From assembly GCA_951406725.2 (NCBI GenBank), contig OX597830.1:24552001-24616000 (forward strand): a DNA stretch of 64,000 bases. Direction: 5' to 3'. The stretch is from Octopus vulgaris (lineage: Eukaryota). This document shows positions 61,137-64,000 of the stretch, in pieces. The notes beneath the pieces were generated by a model. The model was not told where the DNA came from. It worked only from the letters and a program-made list of their open reading frames with translations, and did not search any database. The translations under genes were made by a program, and so were the position numbers. How positions within the stretch are numbered: the first letter of the stretch is position 1; each line of letters starts with the position of its first letter.

Positions 61137-61573
61137 GGCAGCTGGCAGAAACATTAGCATGCTGGGCAAAATACTTAGCGGTATTTCGTCTGTCTTTACA
61201 TTGAGTTCAAATTCTGCTGAGGTTGACTTTGCTTTTCATCCATTCAGGGTTGATGAATTAAGTACCAGTTGCGTACTGGGGTTGATCTAATCAACTGGCC
61301 CTCTCCCCCTTGTGCCTAGAGTGGAAAAGAATATATATTTACAGAGGGGAGAAACAAGGACAGACAATATATATTTACAGAGGGGAGAAACAAGGACAGA
61401 CAAGGGATTAAGTTGATCACATCGAGCCCAGTGCATGACTGGTACTTTATCAACCTCGAAAGGATGAAAGGCAAAGTCAACCACGGCGAAATTTGAACTC
61501 AGAACATAATGGCAGACGAAATACCGCTAAGCATTTCGCCCAGCGCGCTAACATTTCTGCCAACTCGCCACCT
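61137..61573. mobile_element. Tail-to-tail inverted pair of Meta/MESC-like SINEs
   Basis: + copy at 61137-61330 and - copy at about 61345-61573, with a ~36-bp tandem duplication at the junction. Confidence 0.85.
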
Positions 61574-63133
61574 AGAAAAGAATATAGCATGAAGAAATAT
61601 GAAGCTGTGAATTTCATGCCTTTCTCAACTTTAGTTTCCTTTTGTTAAATCATTAGGAACAATATCATTGAAGTGGTCCATAACTTTATTTTTTGTTCCT
61701 ATCATTGAACTGCTGTCATACTGGGGCATTGCCGTGAATGGTTTAAGTCAAATGAATTAACATCAAACTGGTACTTATTCTACGTACAAACTGGTGTGTT
61801 TACGTCCCTGCTAAGTTACAGGAACGTAAACATACCAAGAACATTGTTACATTCTGAGTTCAAATTTCACAAACACAGGGAAGAATATCGATGTTGCATG
61901 GACCATGGTCAGACCAAGAAAGAGAGAGCAGGCTGGCTGATTGGTTATGTGGGAAGAGAAGAGAGAGAAGTAGAAGCAGAGGAACAGAAATATATACATA
62001 TGTGTGTGTGTGTGTGTCTGTGTGTGTATAAACAATGGGCTTCTGTCAGTTTACCTCTACAAAATCTATTCACAAGGCTTTGATCACCCTGAGGCTATAG
62101 TAGAAGGTGCCATGCAGTGGGACTGAACCCAGAACCATGTGGTTGTGATGCAGATTTTCTATGACTTGTCATCAACCCTCACCTATATCCAATGTTTCCA
62201 GGCTGCTGTTGGACTGAATTGTGTTTGTTTGCAGAGAATAATGCTTCCAGCTGGGCAGGCAACAATGTCTCCTGTGAAAATTGGCAATACAGGAAGATTC
62301 ATAGAAGATACCATCATCATTTGGGTTGAAGATAATTCATTTGAAGAATATTGTGACATGGAAACTAGTAGAATATAACTAAATATGTTGGGTGGTAACC
62401 AATTAGCAAGAATTTGGGATCCACGTTGGGGTCACCAATTAATGTAGTGGAAATATATAGTCAGTACAAGGTGTTGATGTGGCTGTGTGTATATTATTAC
62501 AAGAGTTCATAAAGAGATGAAAGACTAAATTCAAGACCTATATATTTGCTACATAAAAATATATTTTATTTGCTGGTCAATGATGATACATAGAATCAAA
62601 ATATAAAATATAGTTGACTGAAGTAATCTATGCAAGAAAGTTCAGAGATAGAAAATGTAGAAATAACAGCTAAGTGGTGGTTTTCAGTCATGTGGTGTAG
62701 AGAGATAGACAGACATAGCAGTAACATGAATGGCTCTAAGTCTAATCGACTAAGAAGTGAAAAATCAAATTAGCAAGCTGCTTTTATTAAGGGAACTCTA
62801 TTCTAGAAACTTCCAAGTGAAACGCTAAACTCCTTGAATAATTAAGAATCATGTCTCATGACATAGATGCTTCAAGAAACTTATAAAAGGGAGGTTACTC
62901 GATGATCTTTCTTGCAAGGGAGATCATTCAACTCTCAAGCTACCTACACCACTACACTTGCATGGTCTGAACAGTGTTTAGTGAAGCAGATTTTCTATGA
63001 CAGTACACCCTTCTTGTCATCAACTTTCACCTATTACCAGGGTTTCCAAGCAAGTAATATTTCTCCCATTGCCAGACACACTTTTGCAGAATAACAGAAA
63101 TAAATGACACTGCTTGTATGACAGAATTGCTGC

Positions 63134-63368
63134 GAGAACAAGACGGCAAGCTGGCAGAAACGTTAGCACGCCGGGCGAAATGCTTAGCAGTATTTCGTCT
63201 GCCATTATGTTCTGAGTTCAAATTCCGCTGAGGTCGACTTTGCCTTTCCTCCTTTCGGGATAAATTAAGTACCAGTTACACACTGGGGTCGATGTAATTG
63301 ACTTAATCCCTTTGTCTGTCCTTGTTTGTCCCCTCTATGTTTAGCCCCTTGTGGGCAATACAGAAATA
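63134..63368 (+). mobile_element. Meta/MESC-like SINE with an 11-bp TSD
   Basis: Same family; TSD agaattgctgc at 63123-63133 and 63369-63379. Confidence 0.88.
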
Positions 63369-63558
63369 AGAATTGCTGCCAGCACACACCTGAACTGAAA
63401 ATATAACAAAAGTTATATTCAGGTTACATTATGGCACACCTACCATCATCTCATGGCACACCCGTGTGCCATAGCATACCGGTTGCAGAGCACTGGTGTA
63501 ACTCACCAGTTCCTGTCAAACTGCCCATTTCTTTTCCAGCATGGGATACATATGTTAA

Positions 63559-63771
63559 CCCTTCGTTGCTGTATTTATTTTGAGATGATCTGTGTTTCTT
63601 TCAATTACTTTAAATATAATAAAGAATTTAGTAAAATAACTTAGTCACAATTTATGTTCCTAATACTAGCTTAATGATAACTAAGGTTTGGTGGAAGATT
63701 TTGATTCAAAACTTATGAAAACAAGACATCTGTACTCAGAGCCAGTTTCAGCCGGGTTGGTAACGAAAGGG
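63559..63771. mobile_element. piggyBac-type MITE
   Basis: TTAA|CCCTTCGTT..AACGAAAGGG|TTAA. Confidence 0.85.
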
Positions 63772-64000
63772 TTAAATAGTGATGAGGCTGTACCAGCAAT
63801 TTATTGATTCTACTTGACTATAACAAAAAGACAAAAACTGTCATTGAATTTCCACTTATTTCCTATTTTTATTTTCTAAAATTTTCGTTGCGTGTTGCGA
63901 CTTTTTCAATAGTCTTGACTCTTTTACCGGTGAGTGTGTTAAATAATAAGGCACTAAAAGAGAATGACTCTCCCCAGACACAACAGAATATGCTTCAACA

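Noticed and set aside
60220-64000. Next myosin exon carrying GESGxGKT
   Set aside because: Not found by eye; presumed to lie beyond the window end.

Overview
AT-rich, microsatellite- and retroposon-dense animal DNA. The SINE families look like those I recall from octopus genomes, so a cephalopod source is likely; this is an inference, not a database result. One clear protein-coding gene is present: the first four coding exons of an unconventional myosin on the + strand (55358-60219). Spliced, they read MGDTNKDENAEESMEDLITLSTLNHQTILSTLQTRYNNKLIYTYIGSILVAINPYKIFNIYGKDVVKKYEGCPIGQQPPHLFAIGSVCYEKMLRDWENQVVLIS. The P-loop exon was not found and probably lies beyond the window; a candidate upstream exon ends at 46865. 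The rest is mostly mobile-element debris: CORE-, Meta- and V-type SINEs; CR1/L2, RTE and R4/Dong-like LINE pieces; Gypsy RT/RNase H remnants; Tc1/mariner, hAT, piggyBac and Helitron-like non-autonomous elements; and a chimeric ~2.3-kb unit amplified three times with an internal ~265-bp tandem array. The most interesting signals are: (i) four sequence-distinct hammerhead-ribozyme folds, mostly in Penelope-like modules abutting (TA)n, one with a G3-C8 core swap; (ii) a tandemly amplified 63-nt hairpin-plus-pseudoknot module; (iii) a perfect 59-bp palindrome with a 6-bp target duplication and two pre-miRNA-sized hairpins; (iv) a frameshifted ankyrin pseudo-exon and several decayed reading frames of unknown, possibly viral, origin. 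Almost all ORFs in the supplied track are artefacts of repeats.
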